A DNA stretch of 64,000 bases from Bigelowiella natans CCMP2755. Lineage: Eukaryota; Protista; Cercozoa. Numbering within the stretch: the first letter of the stretch is position 1; every line of letters starts with the position of its first letter. Below the pieces are notes generated by a model. The model saw nothing but the letters and a program-made list of their open reading frames with translations. It made no database searches and was not told the DNA's origin. The stretch spans positions 186,001 to 250,000 of the forward strand of contig ADNK01001386.1 of assembly GCA_000320545.1 (NCBI GenBank). The letters are read 5' to 3'. The position numbers and the translations under genes were made by a program. Positions 22,044 to 34,318 of this stretch are shown here, in pieces.

Positions 22044-25000
22044 TAGGGCTGGGCACAAATAATTTTTTTTGTTTGGAAATACCTTTGTTTGCTTTTGAAC
22101 AAGCATTTGATTTGAACAAACAATGCCTCCTGTCGCGAAACTAGCATTTGATTTGTTCAAATGATATTCGAACAAGAAGCAGTGTTTGCAAATGCATTTG
22201 CAAATATTTTCCTTGCGGAAAATATTTACAAATATTTTCCTGTGAAAATTATTTGCAAATGATTTGAAACATTCTAGACATTTGAAACGTTCCCGCGCAG
22301 CTGCGCGCAAAGCACGACATGACAGACCAAATCACAATGCATTTGCAATGCGCATTGTCATGCAACGTGTGACAAAGGGCAGGCGGAACAACAAACAATC
22401 GTACGCACAACTTCACAACTTGTTGTTACAGATGGACATGGTTGTTGTAGACGCCATGCGCATGTACATGCATGTGTGTGTGCATGTGCACATAGCAGTG
22501 ATGGCGCACATGCACTGCCATTGAAAAGATTTGATCACTTCATTGCATCCGTCTCGATCAGAGCTACTCAGGACTCAGGACTCAGCCCCACAGACTCAGG
22601 AACCATTTTTCTCCACTTTTGAACCTCCAGCTGTGCCTTTCTCGTGTTTGAGAACTTTCCAAAATCTGTCCAACTTTGACAATTTGTTGAGCAATGCCAA
22701 TGCTTCAGCTGTGTCCGTTGACAATGCACTTCGATGCGCTGTCAGCATCAAGCCACACAACGAGAAGATGCGTTCTGACTCGACTGACGTAGCTGGCATG
22801 GACAAGTGGTGTCTAGCAACAACTGCTAGATTGGGAAAGCTCTTGTGATGCTTTCTCCACCAATCAAAGATGTCCAGATTTGTGGCCCCGTAGACTCCAG
22901 TTCTCGCCATGGTTTTCTCATGAGTTTCAAACTCCAGTGTGGCTTTTGCGTGTGCATCTTCGTCATTGAAGTTGCTGATCGAATCATCTTCGGACTCGCT
23001 GTCCGATTCACAAGTCGCCAATGCCAGTTCTAGCTCAGATGCCTTTGATGAACTCGCGCAATCATTCTCTTCTTCGGCACCATCAAGCAACTTTTGGCGA
23101 TGCAACAACTCTTCATGTTGCTTGGCCTCAACATGTTCAGCTTTGAGCACCTCTTTCACTTGCTCGATGAGCTTCAAATGAATTGCTTTCCTTGCTTCCT
23201 TGTCAGGTGTGAACTTGAGTTTGTGTCGGCGCGGATCCAAGTGGGCAGCGATTAGAACTTCAGGTTTCCCGATTCCAGTTTTCCAAGAATGTTCCAAACC
23301 CTTTGCTGAAGATGGTGCAAATCTTTGAGCATCGCTTCCATCCGCACCTGTGCCAGCGGATGTGGCTTTCAACTTCAAAGTTGCTGCCATCCATGACGGT
23401 GCCACGACGCTGAATGTGACAAATTTCACAGAACACAACACGTCGGTCATCAGCTTTGGTGGTTGAAGGCATTTCACAAGCTGAGCAATCAGTTCCCATG
23501 TGTGCGGAGAAATTGACATTCTCGAAATTTTTGATTTGCTCGTCGAAAGCACTTTGCCGACATGAGATCTCAGGGTGTGCGCACGTTGCAACACGTCGTG
23601 AGTTGAATTCCACCGCGTCGGGACATCAATTAGCAGTTTCAATGCTTCACTGCTGGCATCATTGGCATCTGCATCAGATTGCTGAGATTTCATGAATTCT
23701 GCAGCAGCTTTGTTGCTTCTTCTGAAGTGTGTGCAGACTTGCCGCACCCGTTTGATTGCAATCTCAATTGACAATCCAGCACTTGCAAGTTCGTTGATGG
23801 CCTGGTCGCTGAGGAAATCTCCATCATCATCTCCACCAACTGACATCGAAGGGTCAGAAGCCATGTCTTGGTCCACAAACATTGATTCCAACTGAGATTC
23901 TTTCTGATCGATGACATCCATTTCTCCCATGGATGCTTCAGACACAATTTTGTCAGCCAGAGCAGCTTCAACGACGAGATTCAGACAATGAGCTGCGCAA
24001 CTGAAATGTTGCTTTGCATCACGATCTCTTTTGAGAAGCTCACAAGCTTTGGTCACATTGCTCCCGTTGTCCCTTGTGATGGTGAATGTCTTCTTCGCAT
24101 TCATCGATCTGCGAACAGGTGGAAGCTCGTCTCGAACATTTTTAGCCAACCTTTCAGCAGTCTTGGGTCCTCGGAGAGCCGTGATTGACAAGGGAAGCAT
24201 CCTCAGCTCAAAATCTGCGGTGAGATGTTGTGCCGTTGTGCTTTCAAACTCGTCCTGCGCTCTGGAGGACCAGCCATCAGTCGTCAAAGCGATTGAACCT
24301 CCTTCAACTTCAGACAATTCCGCTGCTGTCACCTTCTTTGCAAGAGTGTGTTTTGCCATCAATGTCCTTGAAACATTTCTTCGTGATGGTGGTTTGAGTT
24401 TGGGCAAGAATCTTTCACAAAAACCCTTGAACCCAGGTTTTTCCACCATCGATGATGCATTGATGTCGATGATGATCGTGTTTGTTGCTTCATTTGAGAG
24501 ATCTGCATTGGAAGCTGTGAAGAAATTGGTCACACTAGACTTGGCGGATCTGGATCTTTTGGGAGCTGTGAACAAAGATTTCAATCAAAAAAAGGCTCCA
24601 CTCAATGACATCAATGAACCTGAAGGATTTGAACCTTCACTTTGCTTTTCTTCATGATGCATCCTGGTCAAATGGCTTGCTAGTGCATTCGTAGCACCTG
24701 ACATCTTCTTGTTGCAAAGCTTGCAAATTGCACGCTCTGGCTTGGATCCTGCCACAAAAGTCGCCCACTGCCATGCCCAAGATCTTCCAACAATCTTTTT
24801 GGTTCTCTGTTGATTTTGTTCATCTTCGTCCATGCAATGGTCACAAGAAATGCATCAAAGTTGACATCAACTGAACAATGAACAATGAACAAGGAACAAT
24901 GAACAATGACAATGAACCACATTTCCAACAAAATGGAATGTGTGAAAAAGTTGAACACATCAAACCTTCTTCTTCGACATCCGACAAGTTGCAATCATGT

Positions 25001-25890
25001 TCATCTTTGGATTCAAAGTTTGACTGATGTTGCTCAATGGCGAGATTTCCTTGAACACCTGCTGCACGAATGATGTGTCCACCGCCTTCTCCTGCCACTG
25101 CAGACACGTCCAAAGATGCTGGTACGAAATTGATTTTCTCTTCAGCGCTTAGCTCACGAGGTGCTAATTCTGAAGATGTTCGTTCTTGATGGTCGACTAG
25201 ATGATCAACAAGCTCAGCTTCAGTTTTCCGCTGGACATCAGCTTCTGAAAGTGCTCCTTCCCCTTCAATCCTACTAGCAAGTTCCCTGACATCTTCAGCT
25301 GCCATTTGCTCGAGAACATTGCGTTTCCCAGCCTTCCTCGATGATTTTCTTCGCGGAGCAAGACTTTCGTTGATGGATGTTTGCCTTTTCTTGTTGCTGG
25401 GCATTGCTTTGTTGGATGAACACAAGTGGATTTGAATCTGCGAGGATCATCAAATGGCTTTCGCTTGGGACCAAAACTGAGAAAAAAAATGAGACGAAAA
25501 GTTTCGAAACAAGCCGTTTTGAAGCAGTTCGATGACAACATTTCCTTCAGAAATTCACCGACAACGCAAACTCAGGCGATGTCAAATTTGGCTAGTGACA
25601 TCGGCAACAATTGGCCACGCTAGACGCATGCAAAAGCTCAATTTTGGTGATTTTCTTGAAACATTTCCAAAAACATTTGCAAACACATTTGATTTGATTT
25701 GGTTTGAACAAATGCGAACATTTTGAAAAATCATTTGCAAATGCCAAACACTTGCAGCCTCATGTTTGGTTTGTTCAAATGCCACTCTAGCTCATGCAAA
25801 CAAGTGTTTGATTTGAACAAATGTCATTTGTTCAAATGTGTTTGCAAACATGTTTGTTTTCAAGTGTTTGTATATTTGTGCCCAGCCCTG
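22044..25890 (-). mobile_element. Full-length hAT-superfamily DNA transposon (3847 bp), hypermutated
   Basis: 18-bp TIRs TAGGGCTGGGCACAAATA (22044) and TATTTGTGCCCAGCCCTG (ending 25890), one terminal mismatch. Perfect 8-bp TSD ATCAAATC at 22036-22043 and 25891-25898. Internal transposase; caaata/tatttg-type subterminal repeats. Confidence 0.96.
22596..25404 (-). pseudogene. hAT transposase (BED finger, DDE core, C-terminal dimerisation domain), probably inactivated by TA->CA/TG substitutions
   Basis: BED finger SWAWQWA...AICKLCNKKM...LASHLTRMH (24585-24833). Core ALTTDGWSS, ITRDNGSN, CAAHCLNL, DVPTRWNST, LDPR, DWW...FPNLA, PATSVESERIFS. A 54-bp GT-AG intron (24566-24619) removes the in-frame TGA between the BED and core ORFs. 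Confidence 0.9.
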
Positions 25891-26635
25891 ATCAAATCTT
25901 GTCAATGGTCATGCATCCTGCTGTAGCCATGCAAAGCAGCGGCTACAGCGCTGATCTTGTGTCGGTTTGTCTCCACTGTGATGATGTGTTTCATGCACGC
26001 GCGCTAGCACGTAAAAGAATGTGCATCATGTCGTCTGTGTCGTGCAGCACGCCCGATGTACGCACCTGTGTACCGTCTTTCTTTTTCAGCTTGCGAGTGA
26101 GAACATTTTCGTCTCGATCAGTTTTGCGTTTCATGATGGCTTTCAATGGATTGCGCAATGTGCGTTGTTGGTGGAAACAGGTGGTGTTTGTGTGCTTCGC
26201 ATTGACGCAGATGATCCATTTGTGTCTTGCTGCAAGATGCCACATGCTAATATGTGTCGCATGTGGCATCTGCGCCTCTTCGCGTTCTAGCGTTGTCCTC
26301 GTGACAACATGAATTTCCCAGGTTTCTCACCCCACAGATGGTGCGCATTCATATGATTTAATATATATCATCGGCACCATGGAATTACTGCGATCCACAT
26401 CTTAGCTAGCGTACGTGCGCGTAGATGGCAGCTAGTTGATGAGACTGTATGGATAATGGTGAACAACTGCATGCCGCCATGCATGAGCACATATAGCTAC
26501 ATATGATACTAAGACACTGTAGGTATTTACATAACTACTGGCGCAATTTGTTGCATTTATCACATTAGACTTTGCTCTAAATATCATTTTTTCGTTACCT
26601 GGATACAGAAGCTAGTCGGTGCATAAAAGGGATTG

Positions 26636-27170
26636 ATGTCGAACAATGGGTTTAAAATTTCGCTCTTTGTACGTCTTCCCTTGAAATCTCTAAAGCTAAT
26701 TATTTGCCACTACTACGATCTTGATTGATCATCCCATATATAAAGTTCGAGGTTCCTGAACTTATCTCCAACAGATCCGACAATAATACACCATGATGAA
26801 TCAAGGTAAGCAAACAAATCTTTGGATAGTGAATGAGGAGATGATGTTTAACTGTTGAGGCAATATGTTTCATACCGCTCTGTTTCTTCTCCTGCTCTTA
26901 AATACTGTCGGCACAACCTGCGAGACAAATTGCAGTTCGTAAGATGCTTTCAAAACGGAATCAGAGTTCGAGGAAAGAAGTCACCATTGAAGTACGCTCT
27001 GGCTTCTTTAACACGAGATCTATTACACATGGCTAATCTCAATATCAAAAGTCTGAAGTGTCCAGATAAGATTCCAAGAACGAGCTGGTTTTTGTTTTCC
27101 TGAGGTCTCCGAGATCCACGTAGGCCCACCATTAATGAACCTGGGGTGCTCCGAAAAAAAATTATATGAG
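26636..27170 (+). CDS. Possible small multi-exon gene of unknown function (3' end unresolved)
   Basis: ATG near 26636, GT donors at ~26670 and ~26806 (GTAAGC), and ORF 26855-27103. No recognisable motif. Confidence 0.2.
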
Positions 27171-27634
27171 GTAAATATATCTGATTTATAGATTACGACA
27201 ACCACACATTGTTGTCGTACTACCGCCGTGCACCAGTCTGATCAAATATCTCGGTTGATCCAGAATTCGGATGTGGATTGGTAGTTTTTCCTTCCAGTAG
27301 TCTAGATTTCTAGTTCAATATTAGGTTGACGCATGGATAAAACCGCCTGCATTTAGGATATGTTGCAAGGCACTTGTAGAACAGGCGTCGGGGGATCATC
27401 GGCTTGTTCGACTTTTCTTCAAACGATTCTTCCCGAACTCTCCCTCCCCCCTCTCAATAGGTCTTCTACAAGTCATGCAAACTACAGTATATTAGTTTTG
27501 AGAAGTAGGATGTGGCTAATTTACTATCCATGCTTCAAGAGAGTCTATTACGGTGTTTGATCGAGTAGTTACAATAATCACTACAATGTGTGTGAGATGG
27601 TGCCTAAAGAATAATATTACATCGGATCTGTGTA

Positions 27635-27684
<50 letters not shown>

Positions 27685-28311
27685 TAAATGTGATCTTAAA
27701 GGAAAGAACCTCATGAAGGCGGAGCCAGAGGATAAGCCGCAAATGCCTACAAATCGCCCCCGGAGATATACCAGGGAAAACCCCCCTCCCCCCCCTCCCC
27801 GGAGGGCTTCTGCCATGGCAGCCTTGGTACCACCTCTCCTCGTACTGACACATGCAGTTAATATGATACATATCTTCCACAGTCCATCAAAGTTACGAGC
27901 CCCGCATCGGACAAGAAGACTGGGTATAATAATTGCACCATCTCCGACCCTTATTCTTCCCGTAGATCCCTCATCATTCCTCCGACTTACAGCAACCCAC
28001 GAAGAAGCGTAAGCCCTACACGAAGGATACCAGAAAAATATCAAACAGCTCCTGGATCTTTGGGGTTTGAGTAAAAATCTTTGTTGACACCCAGTATCAA
28101 TTTGATTCAGTAACAACTATGGCTACAATTGTTTAGATCTCAGATTGAAAACCCGCCAGTTTACCCCCCACATGTGCTCGAATGGAAGGTAGAAAGATGA
28201 GAATCACTAATAGTTTCTTCACCCTAATCGGAAAATGAAACATTTCATCAATAGCTCATTGGGCGCACGGGTCATGTGATGCCTGTACTCGTACCCTTCC
28301 GGGATGTTGGT

Positions 28312-31258
28312 ATGGCTGGCAAGCTAATCGTCAATGTCAAAGAGGCAAAGGGTCTACATATAAAGAAAGGGCGTGAAGCTAGCGTCGAGATCTGTCTTGG
28401 TGAACATAGGAGCAATAAGTAAGTATGCTTGGAGAGTTAGAGGGGGTAGCAGTAAATGGTAGTAGCAGTAGTTGTATAGTGACATATCCTCATTTGTTCA
28501 AACTTCACCACCATTTAATGCAACCTTTACACTAATACAGGCTAAAACGAATAACTCAGCGTTGTAAGGTGCTTTTAAAATCACCATTGACATAAATTCA
28601 CACGTCGCTTGTCGCAGCACTTCGGTGACAAAACGCTAAACCTTTTTCCTCGAGGTTAAGAACGTGCAGTCCGTTGATAGAGTATCTCATCATCATCGTG
28701 TTCTCATCATTTTCCTGATCTTCCTCCTTTGTCAGCCATGCCGGCTCGTGAGTCATACAATAAAGTGGGAGACGGAACTTGTGATCCCTATCGCTCACTT
28801 AGATAGGGTTCTGCGCTTGAAGCTCTACACACACAATAGCAAAAACGTCATAAAAAATCGCAATGAGGTATAACACTAAAGGTTGAAAAGATTACTAAAA
28901 CTACACCCACCTTGTCGTCGTCGTCTTGTGAATTGTGGTATACACTAGTAATCGGTCATTGATTTACATCAGGTTGGCAAGTTGAAGATTCCTATATCTC
29001 CCTTGCTTTTACTACTTCACCCCAAGTAAGAATACAAATTACCCTAAAATGATGGTTTTCGCTCCTCTAGATCGCATGGCGATTGGGTTCGCAACGGTCT
29101 TTCTCCTTTCTCGTGTGATGAGGAATAATTCCTGCTTCTGGTGAAATACGTACTACTAAATAATGATCCCCATATATAGATGCTTTCAGACTCTTAAATT
29201 TATGATGGATGCTTACATATGAGCATGTAAATGTTGGTTAGAATCGAGGATGCTAAGGAGAATATCTTACCACCGAGATCACGTAAGCTCTCGTTGACTA
29301 CTACACGAAGTATGTATTTAATGGTGACGGACGATACGTTGTTTGTTTAGCACAAAGCCACGCAACTTTCTCTGATCTACGCAGACGATCAACGCAGATT
29401 GCAGCAAAGCAATGTCAATACTGGTAATGTCAATTATGACAATCATCAACTTTAAAATGAATAAGGGGAGTTTAATAGCTAGATATTCAAGTGCACACAA
29501 CGGCCAATGTCGCATTATGACCTGGAAATATCGCTCTTTTTCCCAACAAATTCTTTTTTGCTCCTTATTTTCTTCTTGATCTCCTCTTCCCTACTCGTGG
29601 CATAACTGCCAACTCAGGTTCGATTTGCACAGCAGCAAAGATCAAGTCGTTGGACAAATCCACCTTGGATTTCGTCTTCATCCAGAACCAGGGGCAAAGA
29701 TAAAAGCATACCACACACCAGTACGAGCATCATCTTCCTCCTCCTTCACTCCGTCTGTTCTTTGTGATCATCATCATTTACTTATTGCCATTGATTCTCT
29801 TCTTGATTCAGTTCATAGAGGAGGTCGAGAAGAGGAGGAACATGCCGTCTTCTTCAAAGCAGCAGCATGTAGACGAATCGATGGGCCACTTTGGAGTTGA
29901 ATTAGAACACGTCATGGAGCAATCACGCTATCAATACCCAGAAGTGTGCTTTCATGTCGTTGAGTATCTGAGGGAAACAGGGGGTGTCAAGGAACCAGGA
30001 ATATTTCGCAAAGAGGGTAGTAGTAGTAGTAGTAGTAGTAGTAGTAATAGTAGTAGTGGCTCGAACCATTTTCTTTAATTTTGAAATATAATTTGGTACA
30101 TACTCTTTAGCAAAAAACCATGCATGCATCTACCCCCTCTTCTAATAATATCCCTAATGAATAAACGCACGCCACTCTCTTTGCCATTATTTAGGAAGGG
30201 AGTCCACAATTAGAGAGCTAGCAAAGAGCTTCGATCAAGCGAAACCGGTCGTAGTATCCTCCGAATAGTCAAATGATTGCATTTCACCTCGTTTACTCTT
30301 TGAGGTGAATCACATGCCAAACTAACTCCGTCATTCTCTCCTTCTCCTTTCTTTGCCAATGAACGACGAAGGTGACATCTTTTAGCAGTCCGCACGACGC
30401 TGCGGGATTGCTCAAACTCTTCTTCCGTTCTCTTCCCGAATCTATTATTCCTCCACTGCATCTGGGGCCATTTATAGAAGCAAACCAGGTGTTGCCGTAG
30501 CGCATAATAGCATAGAGCGAAATACCATATTCTGTGTGAAGAAAATGAAGCACATAAATCCACCAGAAATGAATAGACACCTCTTTCGAATGCGAGATAA
30601 CCCATCCGAACTAAATGTATTTTATTGAAACAGAGCGATAACTTGAAAGTGAAGATTGATAAGTTTAAGGTGGTGATGATTTCCAGTAGTATCAACAGAT
30701 AAGAGGGAAAGGTAAATAAATATTGCTGTGTTTGTTATTTGAAGGTAATCCTAGCAGCTTTACCCGAATCGAATAGAAAGCTGTTAAGGTTCCTCATGGG
30801 TTTCCTGAACGAAGTCCATTGCCACGCCAAAGAGAACAAGATGGAGGTCTGCTGTCGTACACGATACATTATCATCTTCCTTATGATTAAGATGGACCAT
30901 CGATTCTCTTTAGGCTAAGAATCTAGCAACATGTTGGACCCCAAGTCTGGTATATTTAACAGAGAATGATAAGGTAGCACTCTGAAGTTCGATCAAACTC
31001 AAGCGTATTATGCTGTTGATTCTCGGCTCATCTAAATATTTTTTTCCTCAGGATGACAAGTTACCTTTGGATATTGCAGCGTTGAAAGCAATAGCCAGTC
31101 CCGATGCAAGATCGTGCATTGAATTGCTAATAACGTGAGTTTTTGGTTCTTTTTTAAGTATCAATTTCCAGATCTGATTGTTTCGAACTCTCAGGCATCA
31201 GAGGGATATATTTTATACTGGATCAGACAGCAATAAAAGTTTACAAGGTCCATCTTAG
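28312..31258 (+). CDS. C2-domain + RhoGAP protein (many short exons)
   Basis: C2-like N-terminus MAGKLIVNVKEAKGLHIKKG...WETELVIPI...LRLKLY...VGKLKIPI. RhoGAP motifs FGVELE, VEYLRETGGVKEPGIFRKEG (arginine finger), HDAAGLLKLFFRSLPESII, LPESNRKLLRFLMGFLNEV...ENKMEAKNLATCWTPSL. Confidence 0.9.
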
Positions 31259-31758
31259 CATATAGTGGTGAAAAACTGGAGCAACATTAATTAAATGTGT
31301 AATATGAGCCTTTAATAAACTCAGCGTTACTTGTTGCATTATATATAGAATTAGCTAATAATGACAACATGATCATAATCTGCTAGCTGTGCGTGGGTGC
31401 CACAGGCTTATCTAGCTTATGTGTCAATATGCTGAAAGTATATAGAAGCAGGTTGTCATGCATGAGTGCTGCTACACACGTACATTCGCGCTCATTGTCG
31501 TAATTGATGATGACTACCGCGTGGATGCGTATTATATGTACACATGCATCTCTAACCTCCATATAGTTTTAGAGTTCGATCACCGGTCGCACGCGTACAG
31601 TATATATACGACACGTCTCGTGTGCGCAAAGTGCAAGCGTTCTAGCTATGACAATGTCGTGGACATGTGGATATATGATGATGCCACACATAGTGCATGC
31701 TGCATGCCATATGCAACAAACAGCCACGAACTATGCGCAATATATATACATATATATG

Positions 31759-31810
<52 letters not shown>

Positions 31811-32013
31811 CTAGATTGTGTATGCTAGTACGCGCTGTGTTCCAGAAATATTAGACATATGTATAGTGTTTTCATATCTAATAATATAGCTTAGCTTGTT
31901 CGTCGCGATCTCATTCCGCGATATTCTCCTCAGTTATATGAGAAAATTTTTGAGTAACCAGCATAGATATGTCTAAAAAATAGCTCTCTCCACACACACA
32001 CACACACACACAC

Positions 32014-32066
<53 letters not shown>

Positions 32067-33178
32067 ATAGTTAATTATGTGTTGCAATTATCATGAATTC
32101 ATCAACTGAGCAACTCAGCTTCTAATAATTCTGATACAAATTGCAATTATCTGTGCCATTATTCATGGTGAAATAACCTAGATCAGGCTATTTGTTTCTA
32201 TCAGTCGGCAGTGCCGCTTCTAATCTGCCAAGACTTGAGATTTGAGTCAAATATGAATGTATCTTGACCAAGAAACATGAAGTCTGTGAGGAGAACCATA
32301 CCCCAGAACACAGACAGGATAATCCAGTGAAAGTGGTAGTTCCTAATATTGGGAAACATTAACATGAGAATCAAAAGCATAGTTCCTTCGAAATCTCATC
32401 ACGCCTTGGTCTCTCATTTCTCTCCATCTTTCCTTCACACACACGGAGTGAAGATAAATTCGAAAAACTGCATAAGTGATTGTTACTTGGCTAAGAACTC
32501 CATGCAATTCAACAACATAAAGTGTAGTTACTAATAACTGGATAACCTTGAATAAGCCGCAAAGGAGAAGAAGATGAGCCAGAAGAGGATAAAGAGGCCA
32601 AAGTTACGTCTGTAGTTAAACAGCGCCATTGTCCTTGTTGGCTGTACGAGGGCTATCTAAGTCTTTGCGTGACTTTATATCGGTGAGAATGCCATGGGTT
32701 TTTACCAATTATTCCGTCATTTTGCATGTCGTTACAGTAAAAATAAGGTCTCTATTCTGATATAGAAAAAATAATTTGTAAGATCCTAATGGGATCAACG
32801 ATTCCCCAGAATGGCCAGAGATTTTACAGGGCATAGGCCTAATTTCTCAATTTATTTGCATAATTCCTAAATAAGAGCATAAAATCAGAAGCATCCATAA
32901 CTATAATGACTCTTATGATATCACGCCGAACATCCTCATCACAGCAAATTTCTTCCGAATACATTAGTTTTCATATCTGCGACAAAGCGAAAACATTATT
33001 AGACCGGTTGGTAAAGGAATCAATACTAGGCAAAAAATATTCCCAGAAATACCTAATTATTCATCCCAAAGTAAAAAGATGATTGGACAGATTGATGTCA
33101 TTCTGGGCAAGAATTAATCGGTAAAAGATCTAGCTCATAGAGTCACGTTCAAAGTCCTCATTGCCGGCCACAGTCAAG

Positions 33179-34287
33179 ATGGCGGCGGCCCAACCCCGAC
33201 CTGCCTCGAATGGCCAGCATCTTGTAATACGTGTGTTCTGACTACGATCGAAGTTTTGGAGCTTCCAATTTCTTTTCATATCCAAAACATTGTCACCATC
33301 CGTCTTCCTAAGTGTTGCAACACGCACTGCTGCTACTACTACTACCACTACTACCCCTCTATTATTTCCAAAGGACCCTTGCGACTACCTTACTGGTTGC
33401 TGGAAAAGAAACCTTGAATGGCGTCAGTTTGGGGGAAATTTCAAGAGACTTCGAGGCACAAATGCTATTGTTGTGGTAATGTCCAAACCTTCCCCTTTTT
33501 GCAGGGACTAATAATATCGATATCACTCCTTCTTCTCCCAGATCGAAGAGTACATAAGCTCCGTGAAAGAGGACGGAACGCGGTAGTAGTAGTAGTATTA
33601 GTAGTAGTAGTTGTTGTTGTTGTGCACTCATGAGTTCTATTCGTCGTTTGGGGGATAATAACATTCCTTATTCCTTGAACCATTGAGGGGAAAATCTTAT
33701 TCAGAAGTGATTTCCGCGATGGAACTATAGGTATTTGAAGTGGAGCTTCGGTAGAGGCCTCAAGCCTGTCGACCTTAGATTCGGCTACGTAATGAAGGTA
33801 GTATTATCATCAGTACGTACAACAACAACAACAACAACAACAACATGGCACACTACTACTCCTACTACTACTACTACTACTATTTTGGTCCTTCTCCTGC
33901 TCGCTGCTCTCCTGAAGCAACTTGCTGCTGTCGAATCGCTTCAAGTCTAAATAAGTACTGCTACCATAACACAGTTCAATGCTGGTCTGGAAAATAGTGA
34001 TGATGAGAACAAAAAAGCTGATTCCACGGCGATAGAGTGGCAATATTGCGGTATATTATTAATAGCTGCTATGATGATGATTTATAGTCAGAGAGAGGAT
34101 GCCATCGGTAATGGTGAAGTAGGACAGCAAGAACAATAACTTTTTTTCTACCAACTACTATGTTGTTATAATTCTCAGGGCATCTTTGTAGCGGGGTGTT
34201 CCAGCAAAACACGAAAGTTTACGTATTGAACTTCCACCTCAAAACGTCCACCGTCGTCATCACGTACCGGATACTGGATAAGAACAG

Positions 34288-34318
<31 letters not shown>

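Noticed and set aside
22596-24584. Alternative genetic code as the cause of missing Tyr
   Set aside because: Neighbouring genes use TAT/TAC normally, and TpA is missing in all frames and in non-coding parts of the element.
24585-24587. Stop-codon readthrough or nonsense mutation between the BED and core ORFs
   Set aside because: The TGA falls inside a 54-bp GT-AG intron whose removal keeps the frame.
22044-25890. Classical RIP or 5mC deamination
   Set aside because: Both would raise or keep TpA and deplete CpA or CpG; here TpA is lost while CpA, TpG and CpG are plentiful.
21864-26312. Many overlapping ORFs on both strands of the transposon as extra genes
   Set aside because: Expected artefact, since loss of TpA removes TAA/TAG stops.
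28312-31258. RhoGAP as a clustered regulator of the NOX via Rac
   Set aside because: It is 21 kb away with unrelated genes between; no evidence beyond proximity.
32080-32630. Possible micro-exon gene on the minus strand, divergent from the calycin-like gene
   Set aside because: An ATG and some splice-like sites exist, but I could not build a convincing continuous reading frame.
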